This document shows, piece after piece, positions 1 through 12,785 of a stretch of DNA of 64,000 nucleotides. The translations under genes and the position numbers were made by a program. Numbering within the stretch: position 1 is the first letter of the stretch; the number at the start of each line of letters is the position of its first letter. The notes beneath the pieces are model-generated. The model saw only the letters and a list, made by a program, of their open reading frames with translations, searched no databases and was not told where the DNA came from. The stretch is from Podarcis filfolensis (lineage: Eukaryota), in NCBI GenBank assembly GCA_964270895.1, contig OZ185439.1. One strand, given 5' to 3'.

Positions 1-445
1 CGGGAACAGCAGGGGGAGCTTGAGTTGGTTCGCATCAACAGGGCTCCCCCTACCAGTGGCTTACCCTTACTGGACTTCCTGCACAATGGGCAGGAGTCAG
101 ATATAGTCAGGTCCAATCAATGCCTAAGCCAATACCGCTCACATTCTGTAATTTCAATAAAGTTGTGGCCAAAATTTGCCCAATAACATAAACCTAATAT
201 CTGTGTCCTTGTGTGAGTTATGTCACGGCAATAAAAAACTATTTTACTTTTAGAAGACAACTGAAGGCAGCCCTCTTTAGGGAAGTTTTTAATGTCTAAT
301 GCTGTATTGTTTTTAATATTCAGTTGGAAGCCGCCCAGAGTGGCTGGGGAAACCCAGCCAGATGGGCGGGGTATAAATAATTAATAATAATAATAATAGT
401 TATTATTATTCCAACGAGGGGGTGGCTGCAGGGTCTCGACACGCA
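1..445 (+). mobile_element. 3' part of an LTR-like element, cut by the window edge and apparently interrupted by an L2 tail
   Basis: AATAAAGTTGTGGCC polyA-signal context near 157. GC-rich sequence resumes after the L2 tail at ~411 and ends ...CTCGACACGCA. Family assignment is by resemblance only. Confidence 0.4.
250..410 (+). mobile_element. L2 LINE 3' end (young family)
   Basis: AGAAGACAACTGAAGGCAGCCCT...GGAAGCCGCCCAGAGTGGCTGGGGAAACCCAGCCAGATGGGCGGGG followed by an (AAT/ATT)n tail. Near-identical to 2760-2914. Confidence 0.85.
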
Positions 446-559
446 AGTAGGGATTGTGGGGGAGGCTTATAAACTCTTTTGATCCTCGCTGTAACTCTTT
501 TTTACTGTACTTTGAAACATACCACAAACCACCTCGAGCACAAGTTGGGAATACTAGTG

Positions 560-1050
560 AGGTCCAGTAGGTGCCTTCTGGAAGGTGGTGGCACCCTAAC
601 TCTGGAATGCCCTCTCCAAGGAGGCCCACCTGGCACCCAATCTTTTGATCTTACAGTGGGGTTTTTTCTAGAAAAAGAGGTGCCAGAACTCACCATGAAC
701 ACCTGCCTTGTTCTCTTATAATAGGAATGGCACACACCTGAGAGTTGCCAGAACAAACTTCGAGTGAGTGCCGACTGGGGGGAAAGCCCTGCTTTACAAT
801 ATTTTAATGAGTTTCAGATCTTTGAGGTATTCCTTGCATTTTAAGATCTATGATATTTGAGTGCTGCTATGAGCTTCATTGTTTTGGTTTCTACTGTATT
901 GCTGGTTTTCTGATGTCAGATTTTATACTGCAGTTATGTATTAATTATCACTTTTTATACATATTTGTCTTAATTTTTATTAGAAGCTGTCCAAAGGACT
1001 TACGTTATTGGGTGGCATATAAATGTTGTAAATTAATTAAATAAATAAAT
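560..1050 (+). mobile_element. Old degenerate L2 3' fragment
   Basis: Decayed ORF2 end (GTGGCACCCTAACTCTGGAATGCCCTC, resembling VAP-LWNALP), then an AT-rich UTR and an (AAAT)n tail at ~1040-1050. Confidence 0.5.
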
Positions 1051-1064
1051 GCTTGAGATAAATA

Positions 1065-1316
1065 CAGTGGACGCTCGGGTTGCGAACATGATCTGTGCGG
1101 GATGCACATTCGCAACCCACAGCGTTCGCAACCCGTGTCTGCGCACACGTGGGTTGCGATTCAGTGCTTCTGCGCATGCGCAAAGCGCGATTTAGCACTT
1201 CTGCACATGCGTGACCACCAAAACCCGGAAGTAACCCGTTCCGGTACTTTTGGGTTTCGGCGGTCCACAACCTGAAAAGACGCAACCTGAAGCGGCTGTA
1301 ACCCGAGGTATGACTG
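1065..1316. mobile_element. Tc1/mariner-pogo-type MITE (family distinct from the CAGTGGTACCTC family)
   Basis: TA on both flanks (1063-64, 1317-18). Imperfect TIRs CAGTGGACGCTCGGGTT / AACCCGAGGTATGACTG. CpG-rich, internally palindromic. Confidence 0.75.
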
Positions 1317-2281
1317 TAATCAAATGCACAGACTAGCAAAATCGTGTGGGGCATTGCCTGCCAGCACAATCCCCTTGGTGGTGTGGGCAGCACCACTGGG
1401 CATGACAACGCAGTTCATCTTCTTTATATGTTGCCGGATCATACCGCCTGAAGTGAGTCACTTCAGCCACAAATCTGACACCTGCTGATTCCGCGTTTCA
1501 GTTCTCGGTGGCTGTAAAACCTGCTAACATGAAAACCTCCTTGTTTGCCCTTGTCAAAGGCAACTGGTCTGAAACTCTTAATAGGACTAATACACAAATT
1601 CTGCATACCCTTAAGAAAATTACTGGGTTGTGCCCAAAGCACTTGGCAGCTCGCCGACTGCAGTCTGTAAGCCATCAGGCATGCTACAAGCTTTGCTAAA
1701 ACTCAAGTTAATAAATAGGGAAAGGGGGGAGTTTATAAACAGGAAAAGATAATCCAGCACCATTCTGTGATACTATTTCTATTTGTGCAGTGGCATCAGT
1801 ATTCATAGAACTTACTGAGTAACAACAGCAGAGGACAGGCCCCTGCCCTGAGCAGCTTACAATCTAAACTGTGAGAGGAGAGGGAAGCATATCAAATCAC
1901 AGAGAAAGAGGAAACAGAAAGGCAAAAATAAACCGGAAATTAAGTTTGATCAGATGGATACTCAACTTTGTTTCAAGAGGAAGAGAAAGGGTAAACTGCA
2001 CAGGTATTCTGGAAGGAAGTTCCAGGTACAAGTGGCAGAGCAGGACAAAATCCCATCAGGCAGCTTAGTGCTGTAGTGACGGAGGAATGAAGGTCAATGT
2101 CAAGGTGGGATATGCATTGCGGTCTCCGAGTCATGTTTTTAAAGATAATACAATTAAGAAGCCAGTCCTTTCTTGTTGGATTTCACATTCACAAGGTGCA
2201 CTTTGGCTACTGCTCTTTAGCTTTCACTTGTACAGACTGCTTTCTTCACTTAGCGGCTGAAGCTCACAGAGAAGAATGAAC

Positions 2282-2914
2282 AGGCTGAGACCCTACCTGC
2301 CCGCGGACTGTCTCGCCAGAGTGGTGCATGCTCTGGTTATCTCCCGCTTGGACTACTGCAATGCGCTCTACGTGGGGCTACCTTTGAAGGTGACTCGGAA
2401 ACTACAACTAATCCAGAATGCGGCAGCTAGATTGGTGACTGGGGGCGGCCGCCGAGACCACATAACACCGGTCTTGAAAGACCTACATTGGCTCCCAGTA
2501 CGTTTCCGAGCACAATTCAAAGTGCTGGTGTTGACCTTTAAAGCCCTAAACGGCCTCGGCCCAGTATACCTGAAGGAGCGTCTCCACCCCCATCGTTCTG
2601 CCCAGATGCTGAGGTCCAGCGCCGAGGGCCTTCTGGCGGTTCCCTCATTGCGAGAAGCAAAGCTACAGGGAACCAGGCAGAGGGCCTTCTCGGTAGTGGC
2701 GCCTGCCCTGTGGAACGCCCTCCCACCGGATGTCAAAGCGATAAATAACTACCTGACATTCAGAAGACATCTTAAGGCAGCCCTGTTCAGGGAAGTTTTT
2801 AATCTGTGATATTTTAGTGTATTTTTGGTTTTCTATGGAAGCCGCCCAGAGTGGCTGGGGAAACCCAGCCAGATGGGCGGGGTACAAATAATAAATTATT
2901 ATTATTATTATTAT
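2282..2914 (+). mobile_element. Young 5'-truncated L2 LINE: ORF2 C-terminus, 3' UTR and (ATT)n tail
   Basis: ORF 2276-2809 is uninterrupted and reads VVHALVISRLDYCNALYVGLP...RDHITPVLKDLHWLPVRFRAQFK...RAFSVVAPALWNALP, the typical L2 ORF2 C-terminus. Many CpGs are intact. Confidence 0.93.
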
Positions 2915-3652
2915 AACATGGACAACGAGGAGCAGTAAATGCAAAACAAATAGCCCTACATACTTCAAAGCCTCACTGTACAGATGACAGCTTGTTTTTT
3001 GTGGCTCCTGCGAGACTCATTCTTTTTCTTCCAGGACCATAACGCTATAAAGCGTCAGGTTCTCTTTCACTCTTAGGGAAGCATTATTGGTTGTTTAAAC
3101 TAGGAAAGATGGCTGCATACCCGTGTTTTTGCTGGGAACCGCAAGTTTTTCATTCGGCAACTTCACAAACTATTGTGCAGGAGCTGAAGGTTGCTTGAAT
3201 TTATTTCAAAGTCTTACATGGAACATATTTGGCACACATTTCCCACTAATGCATATGGCTTTTGCAAATACAATAAGTCAAAGTCTTTCACATAGTACCC
3301 TGTAATCTCTGCAGAGCAATGAATAGGTAATAAATTAGAGCAGAGGCCAAATGACCCGAATAGCACGTAACGTTCAGTGCCAGGTTGGGGGGCATGGAAG
3401 GTATTAACAATGTGAGTTCTCATATGCACCAACAATGATGCCTCCAATACCCATTTTATAAAGGAACCCCACACTCTATTTTTCCTCTCTGCTGGGCTAT
3501 GGACAGCCAGCGGTGCACACAGTGTTGAAAGTATCAATGCTAGCAGATCTGGAAGAGGAAGTGGGGCAGAATGCTGGAGCAGGAGAGAAAAGAGTCACAA
3601 AGCAAGGGGAGGAAATCTGGAGGCAAAAACCAACACAGGCCAGGGTCTAACC

Positions 3653-3780
3653 CAGGCATGGTGAACCTGTGGCTCTCTAGATGTTGCCAAACCACAGATC
3701 CCTAAACACTGGTCCTGATGTAGCTGGTGGGAGTATGAGTCCAACAGCAACAACTGGACAGCCACATGTTCTCCATCCCT
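3653..3780. mobile_element. Short hAT-type MITE
   Basis: CAGG...CCCTG ends. Flanks GTCTAACC / GCCTAAGC (6/8 match). Same family as 5036-5185 and 62876-63005. Confidence 0.55.
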
Positions 3781-3952
3781 GGCCTAAGCTACTGAGGACT
3801 GTGGCCAGAAGAGGCTGGAACAGGATACAAGCACTCAGCAAGAACAAAGGCAGTCAAGGGAACAAAGGGAATGGGAGCCTGGGAGTGAAATCAGGGGGGA
3901 AAGGAGAGGCAATGCTTAAAATAGTGACTTATTAATACCTAGGACTTCCCTA

Positions 3953-4335
3953 GGGACGCAGGTGGTGCTGTGGTCTAAACCACTGAGCCTCTTGGGCTTG
4001 CCGATCAGAAGGTTGGCGGTTCGAATCCCCACAATGGGGTGAGCTCCCGTTGCTTGGTCCCAGTTCCTGCCAATCTAGCAGTTCGAAAGCACACCAAAAA
4101 GTTCAAGCAGATAAATAGGTACCACTCTGGCAGGAAGGTAAATGGCATTTCTGTGCGCTGCTCTGGTTTCAGTGTTCCATTGCACCAGAAGCGGCTTAGT
4201 CATGCTGGCCACGTGACCCGGAAAAACTGTCTGCAGAGTGGACAAACACCGGCTCCCTTGGCCTGTAAAGCGAGATGAGTGCCGCAACCCCAAAGTCGTT
4301 TGCAATTGGACTTAACTGTTAGGGGTCCTTTGCCT
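3953..4335 (+). mobile_element. Sauria SINE, full length
   Basis: tRNA-like head GGGACGCAGGTGGTGCTGTGG with B-box GGTTCGAATCC, core GGTCATGTGGCCAGCATGACT (as reverse complement), ACCTTT-like tail. Confidence 0.9.
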
Positions 4336-5035
4336 TTTTTTTATCACTTGCCTAATGCATTTTGATTTTTTTAAAAAAAATCTTCAGGGGCATGTATAGC
4401 TGAATAATGTAATGCTATTCACTCCCCAATTCCAAATGGCAAGAAGTTCCAAAGCAGATGCTACAGAGTTTGTTCCCTTTGGATGAGAGAGAGCTCTACA
4501 GACCTATAGTCCCTTCGTAATATCTGCTTTGTTTAGAAAGAGACAATCAACAATGTTCCGAGAAGTTTCTTCTCAGATGCAAGAAGAGTCCATAGGGCTA
4601 TGATGCACCTGACCTATATTCGCCACAATTTCCATTGTTTGCCCAGCTTGTCATAATAGCTTCCATTATGAAAAGGGCAAAGCTCCAGGGTGGAGATGGT
4701 GGGGAAGAGTCAGCAACTCGTGTCTGTTCTAGTTATTGGATAGATTCCTTCGTCTGTTATGTAGACTACAGAAGCCTGTATCCCCACCCCCACCCCTTTC
4801 CATCTACTTTCAATTTGGGCAACCTGGACTGCTCTAGAGAATTTCTGAAACACCTGTTCCGTGTCCCCCACAGAGATGTCAGGGTGACATTCTATCCTTT
4901 CGTTGACTCTCTGGTTCAGCTCTCAATCAGCATGTTATGCATCGGACGTTATCCAGCTGTAGTACATGAGGTTTACCTAGGTTTTTCTTCCAGGCCAGAT
5001 TTGCCCAGAGATGATAATGTGAGATCAGTTGAAAC

Positions 5036-5185
5036 CAGGGTGGGAAACCTGTGAAACGCACCCCCCCCCCCTCAGTGTTTCTGGACTTCAACTCCCATCA
5101 GCCCCAGTCAGCAAAGTCAATGGTTGGGGATGAAGACAGCTGTAGTCCAGTAACAATTTGAAGGTTGTAGTTTCCACCAGACCTG
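5036..5185. mobile_element. Short hAT-type MITE
   Basis: CAGGGTGGGAAACCTGTG...ACCTG ends. Flanks GTTGAAAC / GTTTAAGC (6/8 match). Confidence 0.55.
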
Positions 5186-8169
5186 GTTTAAGCTTTACAG
5201 CCTGGCTATCCAAAAACATTTCTCTAGCAGCCTCTCCTCTCACTTGTAAAATAATGGCTAGATTACATCAACAGGGTGGGTGGATAACCTTTGTGCAATT
5301 GTGAAGCATTTTAAGTATTAAGGAGGTGGGCTCATAATCAGGTGGGGACTTCGCATTTATTCTCCCAATACCTTCTTAAAAGAAACATGCTGTGCTGGAG
5401 CTGTTCCAGGGAACATTCAGCCAAATCCATTTGGAAATGGCTTAAGGCAAAGGATGGAACCTGGACGTTTTGAGGCCCTGCTTAGTAATTCTATCCTAGC
5501 CACATAATGAAGAAGGGCAATCCACCTAAGTAATCTTGTATTTTGCTGTCTTGAGCTGTCTTTTGCCTGTTTCCTCTTTGTGTCACAGTTTTATCAGTCT
5601 GGGCCCAGGATTTATGAAATATCCTGCTTCGATTGTTTGGTTACACGCTTCTTTGAAAGAACTTAATGCCCAGATCAGAGAAGAGGGATTCGGAAATTAT
5701 GGCTGGAACAGACAGATGGATCTCAGACCTTAAAGCCGTTCTTCCCTACAGCTTGAGTTTATGTTGGACATCCAAGCTGACCTGGATAAATTTGGTGGTG
5801 GCAGTTATAAAATATTAGCAGTTGCCAATAAGTTAAAATACATATGGGCTAAGAGTGAATGATTTCCTTCCTGTGCAACCACAGGTTTGAAAGCAATAAA
5901 AAGGAGGGTAGGAAACCTCCAATGTTGTGAATACATTGAATGTAGTAGATGTCATATCTGAAGTGCTCCCATTGGTAGGCTTCTTATATATGGAAGTTAC
6001 GGTCCTGAAGCATCTTTCTTTCTTAAGACATTCAGAAATGCTATGTGACTAATGATAACATATGTACAAGTGGAGCCTGCAAGAAATGTTGCTGTATATC
6101 CTCACCCCCTAACACAGAAGCAGGGAATGTCAGTCCTCCTTTGGGTCAAATGCAGCCCTCCAGACCTCTGCATCTGGTTGTCAAGACTCTGTACAGGCTA
6201 TACCTCTCACTGACCCAGCTGTATGCTTTTGTCTACCAATTTTACCTGGCTGGAATGTCTTCTTGACCTGTGATAATACCCTTCCTCATCTGAATGGGGG
6301 ATGGAGAATGGTATAAGTCTGACCACACCCCAGAAGACTCCTCACAAAGGAATGTGACCCTTAGAGCATGGGTGGGGGATCTTTTTCAGCCTAACAGGAA
6401 TGTTCCAGCCAGCCAACCAACCAGCTGTGTCTTCCTCCAGCTCAAGGATACTATAACCTGTTGAGGTGCAAGGAAATCAATTCACTCTTCCCCTCTTTGG
6501 GTTTCCATTTTCCTTTCCCAGTTAAATATTTTGATGCTCAACCTGAAACCCTTTGAAAGGATCTAACCTTCACATAGCAAAGTGCTTGAAGGCAGGCACC
6601 AAAAATCACTAGCTAGTATTACGGCGTTAAGACTTGAAAAAAGCCAGCCTTTGATCCGAGCACATACAGTACTTAACTCTCAACATCTGAGGAATCCCAC
6701 TGGAGTTAAAAGTTTAAACACATATGCGGTGGTTAATTGCTTTAAAAGGTCAAGACCTTATTGTTTCACAGCAGGAGTACATCTCAGCCAACACACGGGT
6801 GTATTTCACACAGTGACATAAGCACAATACTCAACTTGCACGCTAGTCATAAAAATTGATCATTTTAAGCCTCCCCTCCCCATTCTACCCCTCAGTTAAA
6901 CAAGTCTTATATCAACCAAGCCAGCTGTCATTGATATCCACTATCCAGTCCCAGTGGGAGCCTTTGAACATGAACCAAAGCAGCTGCCTTCTAGACAAAA
7001 CTAGGTGATAACTGCCTATACCAGAATGAGGTTCTAGCCTTAGTTCCATTGTCAGTTCACACATTTGTGAGTTTTTATATCTGAACTTAGGATTTTGGAA
7101 AAGTGCCTACTTTGAATGAGTCAAACGCAAACATGTATCAAGTGGCTACACTCTCTCAAGATTTTGCGGTGTGACTCAATTGTTTATCAAAACTTTAGGT
7201 TTGTGCATTTAAAGTGGATTAAAGCCCTCAGTTGCCCTAGCACAACAAATCTACTTTATTAAAAAAACAGATTTTTTGCAGTTTGGAAAGTGACAAGGAA
7301 ATGTACTGAACAAATGACAAACAGGAAGAACACCCCACAAGCAAATCGGGATGAATGCTCATTGTTGTACAACCACCCCACAAACATCAGAACAAATGCT
7401 CAATAAATAAGTTAGAATTAGCTACAGCTCCCTTCCCTGTCAGCTAAACAGCTGGTTATAAACCTAGTTTTTTGGCATGTACGTAGTTTGTGAAGAGGTC
7501 TTGCACCCATTGTTTCTGAAACCTCAGTTGTTACATTGGTTAGCAACAATCCTCAGACTAGCACGAAAGAGCAACTGTGGCGACTGTAAAGTCTCCTGAT
7601 TGGTCCTTTCTGCCTCGCCACTTCTCAAGTTCCCTTACTACATCCTTAGACTGGAGTCTTAATGCTCAAGCTGCAATGAACCTCAGATCTTCTTTTCTGT
7701 CAGATCTCTTGTTACTTTCGGCTGTGCTAACACTTCCAGTTCCCCAACATTTGCTGCTGGATTAAACTGTCCCAATTTGCAGCAGCAAAGTGGTGGAGTT
7801 CAGTCTGCTTCCCTCCCTGTTCAATTCAATGGGAATGCATGGAAGGCTCAGAAGACTTAACCTGATGGCCAAGCTCCATCAGTGTCCATGGAGGCTTCCA
7901 CCATCAGCTTCCGAGAGGGGAATTTTTGTCACAACCATGTTAGGGAGGGGGATATGGTTAACCCCCCCCCATGAGTTTGGGGGAGAGTAGGCTGTACGCT
8001 GAGACCTTTCTAATCCAGCAAGTGTTAAAATTTAATCAAGGATTCAAATTCCTGGAATAGCCATCAAGAGAACAAAGGAAAGGGGCTCTGTGCAAGGCAG
8101 AAAATGGGTGAGGTCCCCTCTTTCAATTTGTGGGCAGTTAGAAAGACAAAGGCAGAGCTGAGAGTTGAA

Positions 8170-8410
8170 TGATGTGAGCTAGAAGCCAGCAGCAAAGCTG
8201 AGAGTCAAAGAGACAGAGCAATGCTCGATTTCTATTTGAATCCAAGGCCATGACCATGGGAGAAACAAGAGCCTTTGGGGATGTTAATGCTGTGAACCCC
8301 TTCATCACTGGCTCAGATTGCATATATGTGTAAATAAACCATATATCATATAGACACCACAATCTCCGCTGCGATCTCGTGCCAAAGGAAATATGAACCC
8401 TGAGTAAGAG
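8170..8410 (+). repeat. Interspersed repeat, LTR-like (second copy at 48530-48780)
   Basis: Shares TGAATCCAAGG...ATGGGAGAAACAAGA...TGAACCC...AATAAA...GACACCA...GCCAAA(A)GGAAA with 48530-48780. Confidence 0.6.
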
Positions 8411-9945
8411 CCCAGAGATGGTTATTCCACTGTTTTAGTAGCGTTTTAGCATTTTGCAGTTTGAGTTAATTTTTTGTTAATTGCAAACCACTCTTGATTT
8501 TCTTGGAACTGAAAAATAGAGTATCTGATTCCTCAAATCAATGCCAATATTGCTGACATATATAAAGCTGCTTATGTATATTTATATGTATTTTCCTAAT
8601 TTTAATAGGTCCCATTCAAAAAGTAAATTAAAGGTAGAATGGCTGTTAGCCTCCAATTTTAGCAGCTGAACATTCTCACCTCACTGCATAACAGGGGTTT
8701 TTAATGGAATTACAGAAAAGTAGCAGAAGAGTGCTGCTTGGTCTCAGACCTCTATAGCTGCTTCTTTTGACACAGCTGAGTACGTTTCCATACCTCCTCC
8801 TGCACTTGGTCTCCCCCAATGGGAATAAAATAGATTGACTCTAATAGGTTTTAATGTACAATGATTAGCTCATTTATAAAAGATTTCTACCAAAGCCTCA
8901 ATTATTTAGATGCAGATCAAGATCAAAAGAGATCAAAGCATATCCTGAACCTGTAGGTAAAATCAAGATGTTAATTAAATGAGGAGAAGATCAATGGACT
9001 CTAACCTCATCTATATGATGCAGGAGGAGGAATGTATTAAAATTCAGGACAGCCAGGACACTAGCACACAGGAGAATGCCATGCTGGCTGCGCAGTGCTG
9101 CTTTTTGCTATATGAAAAGGCATTACATCAAGTCATGGACCTTGATTCATGATTCATTACCCGCCACAAACAGATGACATCTGACCCACAAAGAAAGATT
9201 AATACAACTATTTCAGCTGCATGTTTGTAAGTGCATCCTATGCTGAAAAAGTCAAAGTAGTAATGAATTATGACACGTATGTCACATGACATGTCAACAA
9301 CCCAAGATTCATATACTGGGAAGCTTAAATAACATCGGTGCAATCTAGTCCTTAGGGTCATTCAAGCCCAGTGCTGGAAGTCAGTTTATCACTACCTGCC
9401 TCTTTCCAGCAGCACCATTTGCTATGGCTGAATAGACGCAGCGCACTGCAGGGTTTTGTTTTCTTTCACCACTGGGGTTCATGTTGATGAAATCACCCCC
9501 AACTGTAAGTACATTGGAAGTCAGCCTCTAAATCAGAGCTGAGTGGCAAGGAGTTGCACAGGTTACCCTTTTCAGCCTGAATTTGTTACACAGATGGCAC
9601 ATATCTGGCTAAAACTGCCTAGTCAGCATACAGGTTGCCAACTCCCTAAGTCAGTGAGAAGGCTGATTATACTGCTTTGAGGTTTTTCCCTACAATTTAT
9701 CAGTGTGTGCATTTTATGAGATAAATAAGCACAGCACTAGCAAAACAGCAGCCAATGCATATGGAAAGGGAAGGCTTGTTTAGTGCAGGGACTGAGGTGG
9801 GGGTGCAATGTGTCTCAATGTACAGTACTCTTTGCAAAGACACCTGAGCCTCTTTCTCCCACGGAAGCCGCACCAGCAGGAGTCAGTCCATCAAGACTGC
9901 TTTGACCAATCTGAGGAAACACTGTTTGACATTTACCATCTAGCT

Positions 9946-10230
9946 CAGGGCTAGAGACCCTTTTTCTGCCCAAAAGCTGCATTACTTGCTGGGCAGTCTT
10001 CTAGGGGTCACATGCCAAAGATGACCAGGGTCAGAGGCAAAAGCAGACATAGTAATAAATGCAAATTTTACCTCTGCACAGTGGCTGATTTCTGCAGATG
10101 TTCACAACCCCCTCCCTAACCTCCATCTATGGGGCATTGTCAGAGCTCAAGGACACATTCCAGTGTGGCTCAGAAATGTCCCCAGGGCTAGATACTGTTT
10201 GGCCCCAGGCCCAAGGTTCCCCCATCCCTG
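9946..10230. mobile_element. Old hAT-like non-autonomous element (related fragment at ~25340-25587)
   Basis: CAGGG...CCCTG ends and an internal CAAGGACACATTCCAG motif resembling the 25.4 kb fragment. No convincing TSD. Confidence 0.4.
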
Positions 10231-10249
10231 AGCTACAACATCTGGATTG

Positions 10250-10468
10250 AGCTGGAAAGCTCAGTTGGTTAGAGCGTCTGTCTTGAACCATAGGGTACAC
10301 CCATCACCAGGATCCTCTTCCTCCTCCCCATTGTCCTGCCAGTTTATGACAACATGGTGCTCATAATGCCAAGGTTGCAGGTTCAATCCCAGTGAGGGAC
10401 AGCTGCATGGTTCTGCATTGCAGGGTGTTGGACTAGATGATCCTCAGGTCCTTCCAACTCCATGATTC
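10250..10468 (+). mobile_element. tRNA-derived SINE with CR1-type tail, interrupted by a 78-bp insertion
   Basis: A-box AGCTCAGTTGGTTAGAGC (10258-75), B-box GGTTCAATCCC (10380-90), tail TTGGACTAGATGATCCTCAGGTCCTTCCAACTC. Confidence 0.7.
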
Positions 10469-12159
10469 AAAATGGAGGACAGACTGAGGAGTTTGTGGCA
10501 ACATTTGAGGGAGCTGAGATGCAGAAATTCTGCCCACCTTCCATGCCTGCCTTTCAATGCTGCTATGTTCATTTCTAATGCCTGATGATCCTACAGCAAT
10601 TTATATTCTTAGCATCCACGGTCACTGTTAGGAACTAAAGCATCAGTGCCAGGCCCAAATATCACAACCTATCCTTTAGGTCTCCATTAGGTCCTTAGAT
10701 AGTTCCCCACCCTAAGCCATCTGAGATGGTTTCGGATGCTGCAACATTTCTAAGGTAGGAACCTTCACTCTTGCAGAGGTCCAGTGGCTTGGTTTAGTCT
10801 GAACTTTATTATCCCAGACACACACAAAAGGCAAAGTGGGAAGATCAGGGGAAAGCTCACATTTCTACTGGACAGTGTTTGCAGCTCAGTAAGGAAGCCA
10901 ACATCACAGAGTGTGCAGCATGCCACTTACTGGCATTTTAGCAAAGCAAGCCAAAGAACTGATGGCAGTTACACAAATCTTGGAACCATAAAAAGGGCAA
11001 CAGATAAAGGGAGGGGAAATGATTTGTTGAGAAATAGAGAGAGGTTCCAGAGGGAAAGAAGGCCTCGGGGAGAAAATGAAAGATCTAATTATTTGGTGAA
11101 GCAAGGAATATTAACACATCACTCATGTTTAGCATTAGCAATCATGAGAGTTCCACATCACTGCATTGTACAGCACGAAGCCGGAACCTGTTGAGAATGA
11201 TAGATATATTCGGTCCTAGACAATGACAGTGTAGAAAACAGATTTTCATTAAGCAAGTGGGAATATCTGTAGATTGCCAGCTATACATCTGTCTCATCAA
11301 CATAATGCATAGAGTGGAGTGGGAGACTCTAGTTGATCAATGTGCTCAACTAGGTCAGTTGCCCTAAGAAGATCTTTATGGATCACATTTAAAGCATTTT
11401 AAATATATGTTTGTAAGTGTTTTAGAATGAGAACCAGGCTAGTACAATCCATAGTCTTGTATGACTGATAAAGTTGCCCACTAATTAAATAATTTTAGTT
11501 GATTAATCATCTGCCTTGTAACCAAACAACAGAGGAATTGATTCAGCATTGACTCGTTGTACCTATAAGGCTATTCAAATGCAGCTACATTGAGCATCAA
11601 ATATGTCCCTGAAGAAAGGCTGAATAGCCCCAAATATTTTTGGATTTGGGTTATTATAGAAAAGTATGTATTGTGCCTACTTTTTTTTAGTTGTGTTTAC
11701 ATGAGGTTTTGGTGATACAGTACTGCTCTATTTTATGGGTTGGGATCAAGTCAAGTCTGCCATTTGTAACATTAAAATCCAAATGGGAGCTAGACCTGGA
11801 TATTATTATATGAAATGCCCTATAGGCTTCAGATTTGACCAAAGGAATTTTTGTATATTTGGATGCCAAATGTACTAGTTGAGTATTTGGCAGCCTGTTA
11901 TACCAAAGGGGGGGGGGAGTTATGCAGCAAACGTTTATAGAACATTCAGTTTTTGCATCATTTTAAATCAGGGCCTGCTCAATATATTTTGATACCAGAA
12001 GGGAAAATTCAAATGACCTCCCTAATGCTAACGGAAATGGAGCAGAATCTACTGGAAAGGAAGGACAAGACAAAGAGGTTGATAAAATTATGCTTTGTGA
12101 AGAAAATGGGTAGAGATAAATATTTCCCCTTGCTCATCTAAAATGACAAAATGGCAGGG

Positions 12160-12520
12160 GCTTCAGAACAGGCAATGTGAACTCTTACATTCTGTAGCTT
12201 TAGATTGGAATATCCTACCCTGGGATGTGATGATGGCTGCCAACTTGGATGGTTTTAAAAGGGGATTAGACATATTCGCACAATGGCAGTATATGACCTA
12301 CATGATCAGAGGTACCATGGCTCTGAATACCAGTTACTGGGGGAGCAATAGTAGATAGAGTCTAATGCCTTCTTACCCTGCTTATAATCTTTCAAAAGGC
12401 AGCTGGCTGGCCACTTTGGGTAACAGGATGCTAAACTAGAGAGGAATCACCAAATCATAGAACTGTAGAGTTGGAAGGGTCCCTGCAATGCAGGAATCTC
12501 AACAGTCTGATCCATTCACA
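12160..12520. mobile_element. CR1 LINE 3' fragments
   Basis: GATGTGATGATGGCTGCCAACTTGGATGGTTTTAAAAGGGGATTAGAC (plus strand CR1 ORF2 end) and ATCATAGAACTGTAGAGTTGGAAGGG (minus strand CR1-type tail). Confidence 0.6.
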
Positions 12521-12597
12521 GGGCTCTTAAGTTCTCCAGAAGTTCTTCTAGCTCAAGGCTCATTGATATGCAGCTGCTATGTTTTTGTTCATTTCAG

Positions 12598-12785
12598 TGG
12601 CGCTTGAGCAAGAAACCTTGGTGACTCACACAACATGGCAAGATCTGTCTTCTACTCTGCTGCCCTTACCCAAAATCCACCACAGAGGAAGTTGCTTCAC
12701 TTTGCCTGAAGAAGAATATGACCACCTTTGCTTTACATACTGTTATGCCTTATTAAGAACTGCCATGGACATGGCAAGGGAGAAG
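12598..12785 (+). CDS. Candidate internal exon, unidentified
   Basis: Acceptor TGTTTTTGTTCATTTCAG, donor AAG/GTTAAT, 188 nt open (ALEQETLVTHTTWQDL...EEEYDHLCFTYCYALLRTAMDMAREK). No recognised homology. Confidence 0.2.

Noticed and set aside
3953-4030. tRNA-like A/B boxes (also in the other Sauria SINEs and at 10258-10390)
   Set aside because: SINE heads, not tRNA genes. There is no complete cloverleaf, and they are attached to SINE bodies.
4635-5054. 139-aa plus-strand ORF
   Set aside because: No recognisable domain, no convincing splice sites, and its end runs into a MITE.
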